Source: Malacoraja senta
Taxonomy: Eukaryota
Assembly (NCBI GenBank): GCA_038087875.1
Contig: JAXLNO010000155.1
Location: 1 to 64,000 of the forward strand
Direction of reading: 5' to 3'
DNA length: 64,000 bases
Shown here: positions 35,670 to 46,596 of the stretch, piece by piece
Numbering within the stretch: the stretch's first letter is position 1
How the letters are laid out: the number at the start of each line of letters is the position of its first letter
Notes under the pieces: model-generated
The model's database searches: none
Told to the model about the DNA's origin: nothing
Seen by the model: only the letters and a program-made list of their open reading frames with translations
Program-made: the position numbers and the translations under genes

Positions 35670-38600
35670 ACTTTAGTCTCATGGAATGTGAAGGGTCTTG
35701 GTCATGTAATTAAAAGGGGTCGCGTTTTCTCACATCTCAAATTATTGAAGTCGGATATAATTTTTATGCAAGAAACACACATCGGGGTAAACGAACAGGG
35801 TAGACTGAAAGCAAACTGGATTTCTCAGGTTTTCCAAGCGCCTTTTACTCGTAAGGCTAGAGGGGTTGCTATTCTTTTTCGTAAAAGTATTACATTTCGC
35901 CTTGACTCTATGATAGCAGACCCTTATGGCAGATACTTAATGATTTCAGGTCACATAAATTCACTTCCAATAACTATGCTTAACATCTATGCCCCAAATG
36001 TTGATAATCCTGATTTTTTTCGTAAATGTTTTGATATGATACCAGCCTCTAGCCCTAATGTCATTATTGGAGGTGACTTCAATTGTTATTTAGACCCAAT
36101 CCTGGACAGACTCTCAACAAAACCGGCTCCTACCATAGCCTCAGTGCAAACTTTAAATGATTTAACTAAGTCTAGGAACTTGGTTGACATTTGGCGACTG
36201 CAGCATCCTACTAACAGAGATTTCTCTTTCTATTCGCATGTCCACACATCTTACACTAGGATTGACTATTTTTTGATTTCGTCTGAATTACTGTCCAGTA
36301 TAACAAATTCCACCTATCATAATATTTTGATTTCTGACCATAGTCCGGTGTCACTTCAATTTAAAGATATTCTGTCCAAACAAAAGTACAGCTGGTGCTT
36401 CAACCCTCTTCTTCTTAATGATCACTCTTTTATTGACCAAATGACTGCATGTATAGATGAGTTTCTTACCATAAATGATAATGGGGAAGTCTTTGATTCC
36501 ACTTTATGGGAGGCTTTTAAGGTTGTGATGAGAGGCCATATTATTTCATTTGAATCATATACAAAAAGAGAACTTAATCGTCGCCTTAGGGATATTGATA
36601 AGATGCTTCCAGTGCTTGAAGAGACGTATAGATCCTCTCTCTTACAGTCTGACTACAATAAGTTCTTAAAACTAAAATATGAATATAATACTATCCTCAA
36701 TAAACGTCTTAGCAGCCAATTACTAAAGCTCAAACAGAAATACTTTGAACTCGGTGATAAACCAGAGAAATTATTAGCAAGTCAACTTAGAGGTGAGCAA
36801 GCTAATCGTGCCATTCATAGGATTAAATTAAAATCAGGTATACTGGTTACTGACTTGAAGCATATAAATGCTTGCTTCAGGGACTTTTATAAAGAACTTT
36901 ATTCCAGTAAAGTAAAGCCCACTGAAACAGATTTTTGTAATTTTTTCACTAACCTAAATATTCCACAACTTGATGGAGCATCTAGAGATGATATGGACAC
37001 TCAGATTTCTGTAGATGACCTTCTGGAAGCTATCTGAGCATTTCCCTCTGGAAAAGCAGCAGGCCCAGATGGCTTCGGCTGCGAATTCTATAAGGCGTTT
37101 CATGGAAAAATAGTCCCTCTCATGTTAAGAATGGTGAATGATTCAGTGAAAAACAAGAGGCTCACCAGCTCACTCTATGAAGCTAATGTTTGCTTGCTCC
37201 TGAAAAAGGGAAAAGCAGAGACTGACCCTGCAAGTTACAGACCAATCGCTCTTCTGAACTGTGACCAGAAGATGATAACTAAAGTCCTGGCCACAAAATT
37301 AGGTAAGCATATCTAAAAAATTGTACATCCTGATCAGACTGGATTTATACCGGGTAGATCCTCATTTAGTAATGTTCGTCTGCTGTTAAATACATTATAT
37401 TCGGTTCATGACAAGGATATGCAAGCTGCCATCCTATCTCTCGATGCTCAGAAGGCTTTCGATCAGATCGAATGGCCCTATATGCTTGAGACGTTAAAAC
37501 AGTTTCGGTTCGGGATGAACTTTATAGAGTGGATTAAAATAATTTATTCAAATCCAGTATCTTCTATTCTGACCAACACAGAAAAATCCCAACCTTTTGA
37601 CCTGCAGCGCGGTGTGAGACAGGGTGATCCCCTTTCTCCCCTGCTGTTTGATATCGCTTTAGAACCTCTTGCAATAGGAATCAGGGGTCACCCGGGTATT
37701 CATGGTGTAAAATTTGATAATGTTGAATGTCTTGTGAATTTATATGCGGATGATTTATTAATTTGTTTATCTGATCCGGTAGTGTCAGTTCCCAACCTTC
37801 TGAACTACATTAAGTCATTTGGTAAACTGTCAGGATATACAATTAACTGGGATAAAAGTGAATTCATGCCCTTGACGAATAATTTGAGCCCTGCTTTCTT
37901 GAAATCTTTGCCATTTAAATTAGTTACCACCCACTTTACCTATCTTGGACTGAAGATTTCCAGAAACCCCAAACATCTACTTAAATTGAATTTTTTGGAC
38001 ATGGTAGACAAATTAAAAGCTAGCATTAGGTGCTAGCATTAGGTGCTTCCCCTCTCAATGATAGGTCGCATCAATGCTATTAAAATGGTTGCACTTCCAA
38101 GATTTTTGTATCTTTTCCAAAACCTTCCTGGCTACTTACCTTCGTCTTTTTTCAAACAACTGGATTCGGTTATACTCTCATTTGTCTGGGCAGACAAATC
38201 CCCTCGCATTGCTAAAGCCCACCTACAGAAAAATGTGGACAGGGGTGGCCTCGGCCTTCCGGTACTGAAGCATTACTACTGGGCTGCAAATGCGAGGGCT
38301 GTCACTTTCTGGCAGTGGGGTTTTCCTGATGATGACCGGTCTGATGTTTCCCCACTCTAGCTAAAAATTGAATCCATGTTTGTTTCAGAGACCTCTCTCC
38401 CAGTGTTGCTCTTTGTCGGAGCACAGGTTCCCTACAAATTAGTTGGCCATAACTTCATACTCAGAAACTCCGTAAGGATTCTGAATCAAATAAAAAAAAA
38501 TTGGGGATTGGTAAATATCTCAGTGTATACCCCTATAGTACACACAATCACTTGTTCAAACCGGCACTGATGGATAGAGTGTTTCTGGACTGGAGGGGGA

Positions 38601-39439
38601 AGGGGCTGTGTTGTATTGATGATCTCTACATAGATAATAAATTTGCCTCATTTTTTCAGCTCCAAACTGAATATCGCCTTCCTCAACAACACTTCTGTCG
38701 CTACCTTCAAGTCAGGCATTTTGTACGGGAGCGTATCCCAGAATTCATAGTCAAACCAAAAAGTCACATTCTTTATGATCTACTTCTCTCACAGCCTGAC
38801 TCTAAACACTTGATCTCCCGCTTTGTCACTGCCTTTACGACACCAGTTGAAGCTGGTCATCTGAGGGAGGCCTGGGCTGCAGAATTGGGCACTCCTGTGT
38901 CAAATGAACTGTGGGAGGAAGGTTTGTCCAGTATACAGAGTTGCTCTATTAGTTCTAGATACAGATTAATTCAATTTAAAGTCTTGCATAGACTACATTA
39001 TTCTAAAACCAAACTTAACAAGATTTTTGAATCGGTTTTCTCCATGTGTGACAGATGTGGTACTGCAGAAGGATCACTATCACATTTATTTTGGCACTGT
39101 CCAGTATTAAGTAATTTCTGGAGTGACATATTTAACTGTCTTTCCAAACAATGTCGAATAAATATTCCGCCTGATTTTAATCTGCCTATTTTTGGTTGCT
39201 CTGACAATACAAGGGCCCTTCCTTCCCACCAGAAGCAGATTCTTAGAGCAGGTATGGTTGCAGCTAAAAAAATAATATTACTGAATTGGAAGTCCCCACT
39301 CTCCCCATGTTTTAAGAGGTGGCTCAACGAAATGCTTTCTATTGCTAAGATGGAACAGATTCGTTTTAACAAAGGGAATTTACAAAATTATTTTTTGAAG
39401 GTGTGGAAACCATTTTTGATTTTGCTTGAAGAGGCATAA
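35670..39439 (+). pseudogene. L1 ORF2p remnant (APE endonuclease, RT, C-terminal zinc knuckle)
   Basis: SWNVKG, QETH, GGDFN, RIDYFL, SDH, GPDG, YRPIALLN, LDAQKAFD, GVRQGDPLSP, YADD and CDRC..HLFWHC. Several in-frame stops and frameshifts. Confidence 0.93.
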
Positions 39440-40523
39440 TTGTCTGATCTGTTTATTTTGCTGTTGTGCTATGTCTTTAATCTGAGCGAACTTTGATCTT
39501 GCACTCTGATTGATATTCTGGCTGCCCCCCACTCGTTTTTTGTTTTTTTTGTTTCTTTAATTGGTGTTTTTTTGTTTTCTGTCTACTGTGTGTTTGTTAT
39601 GATTTAAAAAAATGAAGCTGTACAATAATTGTATAATGGTAGATGCCGAGCGATTTATCCATGTACAATTGCTTCCAATAAAAATAAATTAATAAAAAAA
39701 TAAAATAAAATAAAATAAAAGTAATATCCTTCCTCTGTTTATAATGATCCATTACAGCCCCTTCGGGTATTAATGACTTCTCCCCCTCCAGACCAGTCCC
39801 TCCACGCTTCACCGATCCCATTGCTATAACTGGGGATTGGCAGGTGATGGGATCCTACCATCAGATGAGTCCCGTTAGCCCATCCACACAACAGCTGAAA
39901 TCCAAAATTCCTTAGACACCTTACATTGGACTCCTTTATAGGTAAGGTTACATGCGGAGCCGTGAACGGGCCCTTGCAGAGAGCAAGTGAGGTTATTTTT
40001 TTAACATTTATGACTATACACCCGTGTCCTTGGTTACTAAAACAATTTTCATATTGCCTGTTGTCATTATTGGTGGTGAAGTTACATGGCCTAGCCGGTG
40101 CTCTTGACGCCGTCCTAGATCCATGATAGCAATTGTCGTAGGAGTGATTATTGTTCTTAGGGAGCGGTAAGCAGTTGGCCGGTGGAGCGAGAAGCCTATC
40201 ATAGCTGATGATAACGCGCTTGACAGGGACCGATTTTTCGTCCTGGCACTTCACCGGTCGTTCAGTTCTGCCCCATGCAGGGGATGGGGTAAACAGGGAG
40301 GTAACAGATGTCATTCGTGGATAACAAACCACCTGCCCCTTCCCGAATAGCTCGCTGTGTGCCTGAATAAATAGATTGGAGTTTTCTCGTTCCCCTTTCT
40401 TTCCTCGTTTGTTCCGTCCGTATTCAGGCTTTGTCCATTTCCAACCGAAACCGATTAACCCTACTGAGGTCGTCACACATATTAATGCCACGAAGACCCT
40501 CATCTTAGCGGTTTATTTCGTAT

Positions 40524-40556
40524 CTGCGAACACGAGGGAGGGGAAAAGAAAAGAAC
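40524..40556 (-). promoter_or_regulatory. ERV env splice acceptor
   Basis: Minus strand ttcttttcttttcccctccctcgtgttcgcag ends at 40524, 20 nt upstream of the env ATG (40503). Confidence 0.75.
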
Positions 40557-40575
40557 GTGCAATTTCATAGCAAAA

Positions 40576-42290
40576 TTAATTCGTACCATACTTTTCGTGG
40601 ACAGGATCCCTCTCCCTGACCTCGACCTCCCCCCTTTGCTTGGTGTCACCAAGCACTTTACAATGGTGCAAATGCACCCATGCCGATCGTCCTTCCACCT
40701 TTACCGCGGTGGGGGTGGTGAGGAGAACCTGGAAGGGGCCCAACCATCGAGGAGAAAGGGTGTCCTTACGAACGCAATTCTTAATCAACACATAAGAACC
40801 CGGGGTGATCCGTCCATCAACGGGAGAGTCTATGTCGCCCACATAAGCGGCCTTGATCTCCCCGTGAATCTAACGCAGGGCCCTTGTAAGGGCAAGGACG
40901 TAAGAGACCATCTTCTCCGTCATATGATGCAATGTCGTTGTGGCCGGGATAATGGGGTGCGCAGGGGTCGGCCATAGATGATCTCTGCAGGTGACAACCT
41001 TGTCTTCCCTGCTGGAATGACTCTGATCTGAAATAAAGCAACAGGCAACAATTTAACCCGTGTGGAGCCCGATTGGTCCACCAGCTTGGCAAGCTTGGTC
41101 TTCAGGCTCTGGTTCAAGCGTTCCACCATTCCTGCAGCCTGTGGGCGATAAGCACAATGCAGCCGCTGGGTTACGCCCAGCTGTCGGTACAATTCTTTAT
41201 TAATAGCGGCAATAACGTGAGGGCCGTTATCCGAACTGATGGTGTTTGGAACCCCAAAGCGAGGAACAAACTGCCGTAACAAAATAGACACCACCGTAGA
41301 AGCAGTGCAATCAGTGGTTGGAAAGGCTTCAATCCACCTTGAAAACACATCAACAATAACAAGCACATGTTTATAACACTGACACTTAGGCAAATCAATA
41401 AAATCTATCTGTAAGGTTTCAAACGGAGCAGTAGTTAATGGAGTACGACCCGTCTGGCAGACAACTCCCTTACCAGGGTTGTGTGTAGCACAGGTGAGGC
41501 ACCGTCCACTAGTTTGGGCTGCCAAAACCTTAAGTCGAGGATGCCACCATGCCTGTAAGAGAGCGTCTATAGCAAGGTGGCCACACAGTGAGTGGCTAGA
41601 TGTAGGCAATCAACGACCCAGGTCGCTAACTGGTCTGTCATACAGGTCTGTCCGGCCGGCGTGAGCCACAGTCAGCCTTCCGACAGCCCAGCTGCTCCCA
41701 TTCCATTATAACATCAACAGAGGCGTCCCCCTGTAAGAGCAGTGCATCATTCATGGTTGGCATAGGTTTCTCAGATTCAGACGAGCCCACATAAAGGCTT
41801 TTCACCTGTCTCATCATACTGCCCACTACTTTAGATATTCCACGTGAAGCACACTTAGCCGCTTCGTCAGCCAACCTGTTACCGATTTGGACCGGGGAAT
41901 CTCCTGTCGTGTGGGCCACACATTTGATTACGGCTACCGCAGAGGGCAGAAGGATAACATTCAACAAGTCAGAGACCAGGATCTGATTGGCAATCTTATG
42001 GCCCGTCGAGGTGAGGAATCCCCTATTTTTCCATAACTGTCCGAAATCGTGAACGACTCCGAATGCGTATCGGGAGTTGGTGTAAATATTGACGGAGCGC
42101 CCCTCCGCGAGAACACATGCTCGGGTGAGGGCAAACAGCTGAGCTGAAAACGGTGGGTCAAAACTGCCACAATCCAGCAAGGTTCCATCTTGCTTAACTA
42201 CCGCAAAGTCAAATGCTGGGTCTGGAGCTGTCCCAGTAGGGCAGTCACGGAGTGGGAGGAATATACAGTAACTTACCCCACTGCGTTCGA
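40576..42290 (-). pseudogene. pol: ERV pol remnant (connection fragment, RNase H, integrase); protease and RT core deleted
   Basis: YSSHSVTALL tether; SAQ..ALTRAC..NIYTNSRYAFGVVHDFGQLWKNRGF; integrase H..CLTC, QIDF, VDVFSRWIEAFP, SDNG, PQAAGMVER; C-terminal LSPRWLGPFQVLLTTPTAVKV..WVHLHHCK. Confidence 0.92.
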
Positions 42291-42294
42291 TTCA

Positions 42295-43480
42295 GGGATT
42301 GTCTGACCAAACTCCAGGCGTCCAAAGACGGTTGCCAATGAACTCCACAAATCGTCCTGGGCACTGGACTTTGTCCGGTGCCCCATTCAGGATTATCAAC
42401 ATATCGTTTGGTTTCCACGGAGCGTACACCTGGATGGTCGCAGGGGGCCCTCCTGCGACCCCGGCGGCTGCAGGATTCGGGACCGTTCTCATTGGCATTT
42501 GCCTTGCGCGTGGGTGGTGCTTCTTCTTCCTAGCCCTTCTAGCCTCTTCCTCCTTCTCTCGTCTCCGTCTTCAGGTGCCATGTCCCATTCGGTCTCCCAT
42601 TCGTCGTCATCGTCGGAGGTCGAAAAAGAGGAGCTGGAGGGGGATTGGGTTCACCGCTGTGCCATATTCTTTCTGGCTTTGGTCTGGGGGTTCAGCTTAG
42701 TTCTGCCTCCCACGGAGTCGGTAGATTGTAGGGGCAGCAGGAGAATACGGAGGGGGTCGGTCTGCTGGAGGGGCACTAGGGGCAACTGTATTCCCTGTGG
42801 TCCCCCCTGAATGGGACCATCTTCTTCTGGGGTTCAGCGAGGGTATGGGTGATTTGGAAACTGGTATTCGTTAAGGGCGAGGTTTAATCTTGGATCGGGT
42901 AGCGGGAATTGGAGGAGCGGACACGGGACTGGCAACGGGGGCAGGCTGGTTCAGCGGGGGTGCTCCACGGACTCTCCAATGGTAATCCTCTACCTCCTTC
43001 TCGTCGTCACCTCCCAAATCTATGCCAGCCACCGACTTACGTAAGTCTTCATCTATCTCGGCCTTATTTTGTCTGTCTCGCTCGTGGCGATCCTTATTCT
43101 CCTTAGCATGCCTACATTACTGTTTTAATACTGTCACCGACTTCTCCTGACCCCCTTCCATCAGGGGTATTCCTAGTTTCAAGGCATTACTCTGCCAACT
43201 GGCCGTTAAAGACCATGCCTTTTGCACGTTACAATGATCGATCCACAACTGAATGGCCTTCTTGTACTTAAATTTTTTTTTTTTAATTCCATATTACACT
43301 CTGGGCCCTTGACACCACACCCATATCCTTGGAACCCCCTTCAGGCTATTCATCCTTCCCCAGTTTATGGATGAGTCCTCCCGACATATGCCTGAAGGTC
43401 TCCTCCATTTCCGGATGCAAGAAACATAGCTGATGCAATGACCGGTCCGGGTGACAACTGATGTCTATACCATTACCCAT
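42295..43480 (-). pseudogene. gag: ERV gag remnant (MA, late domain, start of CA)
   Basis: ATG-GGT (MGN, myristoylation-type start) at 43480, (W>stop)PEGGS matrix motif, PPPY late domain at ~42745-42756, and PMRTVPNP..VYAPWKPND capsid start. Confidence 0.75.
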
Positions 43481-43933
43481 TTTTATACTTATACTATTAC
43501 ACACCAATACTTCAGGGTCAACCGTGAGTCCTTGCTTCCGCCGTATCTCACTCTGTCACTTCAATTCCTGACCTTCGCATGGAGGATTTCCTCTCTTAAC
43601 AACCAGTCTAAGGCGGACTTTCTGTGAGATACGGGGGTACCTTGGTCTCGGTTAACGTCTCAATACTATTAATCGTTCGCCTTCTTCCCGACGATTCAAT
43701 AACCATTACATTCCCATCCTACCACCAGTGCACTCCTTTTATATACCGTCGACGGTCCCCCTCTACGGGGTGTTTTATCCGCTCGATCAGACTAGGACAA
43801 TCCTCGAGACGGCCCTATCCCAGTGCCCACAACCGCAACGTTCGGATGTCATCCCACCGACTGACGCATGCCGGCGAATTACCCTGCTGCGCCGGGATAC
43901 GAGGAAGGACCAAGAGGTGATTTAACTAAATCT

Positions 43934-43942
43934 ACTCACTTG
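43934..43942 (-). promoter_or_regulatory. ERV major splice donor
   Basis: Minus strand CAA/GTGAGT, about 75 nt downstream of the PBS and upstream of gag. Confidence 0.65.
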
Positions 43943-44013
43943 GCTGCGCAACCTTCACATCGATCCCGTCGCCCAGTGGATTCACTCGCCGGCTCGATCA
44001 GCCGCTGGTTGAC

Positions 44014-44031
44014 ATCCCACTCCTGACACCA
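44014..44031 (-). promoter_or_regulatory. Primer binding site, tRNA-Leu
   Basis: TGGTGTCAGGAGTGGGAT lies 2 nt after the LTR end. It is complementary to the 3' 18 nt (ATCCCACTCCTGACACCA) of vertebrate tRNA-Leu(CAG) as recalled. Confidence 0.88.
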
Positions 44032-44033
44032 AA

Positions 44034-44623
44034 TGTGAATCTCGGTTTTCGCTTACATCGGTTGTTTCGACAATAATCGACCGGACACCTGGGTTGGTTT
44101 AAACGTACGTTTATTCAGCAGGAGTCTTTACACAGGTTAGCAACCTAGCAAAGAGTCAAGCTCTATACATTTATTCGTAATGCCTTATATACTTTAATGC
44201 TACGGTTTATGCTTCCCATATTACCCAATCAAGCAATAAACACGTACGCAATGGTCAGGATAACAGGCACGTACACAATGGTCAGGATAACAGGTACGTA
44301 CATATAGGGAGATGTTATTTAGTGGAACAATACTAGAGATAAGACAGGTACATTCCTCAGGATTTTGGGCGCTGCGGTTTGTATATTCCTCAGCCTTCTG
44401 AGCGCGGCGGTTTGTACATTCCTCAGCCTTCTGGGCGCCAGGCATCTCAGTCAGACGGGTGCGGGTATTACCATAGTCGCGAATATGCAGTAACAGCAGG
44501 ACAATGTGTATTTCTCATGACCACAACTTCCTGAAACGTGCAGCTACATATTCAGCAACTTTCGTCAGCAGACATTTTATGTTTTAATTCAGTCCACCTG
44601 GCCAAACCATTGTACCTTCACAG
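44034..44623 (-). repeat. 5' LTR of provirus 1 (first ~38 bp missing)
   Basis: Reverse-complement homologue of 45171-45719, with three 33-bp and two 27-bp U3 repeats. Confidence 0.92.
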
Positions 44624-45719
44624 AGGGGGGACCTGTACCGTCATAAAAGGGAAATGTATGATGGGGGTTCATGACAGGACTAGCAACATCACCCAACATC
44701 AGAAAGAGATTACCACCTTTTTGGATGGAATGAATGAAAACCAGGGATGGGGGAATTGGGGATTTGGGGGATTATATAACTGGATTAACAGCATGGCCAT
44801 CTATGCTGCTATAGTAGTTACTTATTTGTGGGGATTGCCATTGTGAAATGTATCATAGCCCGATTAATGGCGGCTTTAACGGGTTTAGGGACCACCCCCG
44901 AGGAAGCTAAAAATTCTGTACGAATGATGATATTACAGCGTGAGCAGGAGAGACTGTTCTCATTCCCCAACGACAGCGAAGACGATGAAGTGAGTGAGGA
45001 AGGAGAATTGAAGGAAAAGGGCCAAACGGTCCAAGAGGCCATGTCCATGGAACTAGAAGGTTACGAGATTCGGCGAATGGGACTTTTTAGTGGACTATGA
45101 GTGTTGCCATAAGAATGGCAAAAGGGGGGGAATGTGAATGTAAATCTTGAATAAACGCTGTAAGATTGTACTGTGACGGTAAAATGGTTTGGCCAGGTGG
45201 AGTGGATTAAAACAATATGTCTGCTGACCAAAGTTGCTGAATATGTAGCTGCACGTTTCAGGAAGTTGTGGTCATGAGAAATACACATTGTCCTGCTGTT
45301 ACTGCATATTCGCGACTATGGTATTACCCGCACCCGTCTGACTGAGATGGCTGGCGCCCAGAAGGCTGAGGAATGTACCTGTCTTATCTCTAGTATTGTT
45401 CCACTAAATAACATCTCCCTATATGTACGTGCCTGTTATCCTGACCATTGTGTACGTACCTGTTATCCTGACCATTGTGTACGTGCCTGTTATCCTGACC
45501 AATGTGTACGTGTCTGTTGCTTGATTGGGTAATATGGGAGGCATAAACCGTAGCATTAAAGCATATAAGGCATTACGAATAAAGGTATAGAGCTTGACTC
45601 TTTGCTAGGTTGCTAACCTGTGTAAAGACTCCTGCTGAATAAACGTACGTTTAAACCAACCCAGGTGTCCGGTCGATGATTGTCGAAACAACCGATGTAA
45701 GCGAAAACCGAGATTCACA
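44624..45719 (+). mobile_element. 3' end of a second provirus of the same family (env C-terminus, PPT, complete 3' LTR)
   Basis: 44624-45100 repeats env from GGTCTVIKGKC to the stop, with substitutions. PPT aaaagggggggaa. LTR 45133-45719 is bounded by TGTGAAT..ATTCACA, with CCAAT (reverse), a TATA-like catataa (~45572) and AATAAA (45638). Confidence 0.93.
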
Positions 45720-46596
45720 GCAGAAGGTTCATAAGTTCATAAGTCATAGGCGCAGAATTTGCTCATTCGGCCCATCGAGTCTACTCCACCATTCAATCAT
45801 GGTCATAGGCGCAGAATCATCTATCTTTCCCTCTCAATCCCATTCTCCTCCCTGTAACATAATAATAATAATAATAAACTTTATTTCGGACTCAAGGTCC
45901 AGACAAGGGACAACATTACATAAAAATGCATTGCCTATTAAAAACATCATAAACTACATATAAAATCTTAGTATATCACTTATAAAACCATCATAAATTA
46001 TATATCAAAAAATTAATTTAAAAAAAACACAATACATGAAATAAAATCCAGAATAAAAGAATGATCAATGTCCTACAAGGAGACAACGATACCAGTGTCT
46101 CCACAACTGGGATTCGTAGCGTGTAGTGCTAAACCTTATGTTTGACAAGGCCACAATAATTACATTTTTAGAGTCATTTATCCTGCAAATGAATTTATAA
46201 ATATGATTTCTTAGGATAGCTTCCAAAGTACTGACTCCTGCAGCCACAAACATGTTACCAACACTACACCATCTAGGTTTCCTTAGCAGTGTTCTCATGG
46301 CATCATTATATGACACCTTTAGTCTCTGCAAACTTGTCTTTCCATAGTTCGACCACAGGTGCGCAGTGTAGAGTGGTGTGCAGTATGCTCTAAATAGCGA
46401 CATCTTCACCACATCTGCACACGCACCAAACTTACGCAAGAGAATATTCGCCTGTACATACAGCATGCGTCGTTGCCTATAAATATCCTCATCATCTGTC
46501 ATTTGTTCTGTAATAAAATGCCTTAGATATTTTACCTTATTGCAGACACTAAGATTATTGTCAGACAATTTAAAATCAGGAAATTTTAGACATTTA

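Larger units (their letters stand above)
34203..39718 (+). mobile_element. Full-length L1-clade LINE inserted antisense into env
   Basis: 8-bp TSD aagtaata (34195-34202 and 39719-39726). GC-rich 5'UTR, ORF1 and ORF2 remnants, (AAAAT)n tail. Confidence 0.95.
32915..40503 (-). pseudogene. env: ERV envelope glycoprotein (SU+TM) split by two insertions
   Basis: SU ORF 40503-39739 has a signal peptide. The middle piece 34104-34202 reads YYFFFNGKGTNVL..VPTTVPL. TM ORF 33682-32915 has cleavage site RVHRR, fusion peptide, LQNRYALDYLLAKEGGTC, a membrane anchor and a long cytoplasmic tail. Confidence 0.92.
32564..44623 (-). mobile_element. Endogenous retrovirus, class I (gamma/epsilon-like), internally deleted, provirus 1
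   Basis: 5' LTR 44623-44034, tRNA-Leu PBS, gag remnant, RNase H and integrase, env, PPT at ~32884-32905, and a broken 3' LTR (32842-32883 and 32564-32626). Confidence 0.93.

Noticed and set aside
43481..44013. Accessory ORF in the ERV leader, as in epsilonretroviruses
   Set aside because: No minus-strand ORF of 60 aa or more lies there in the ORF track, and env runs almost directly into the PPT, leaving no room for 3' accessory genes.
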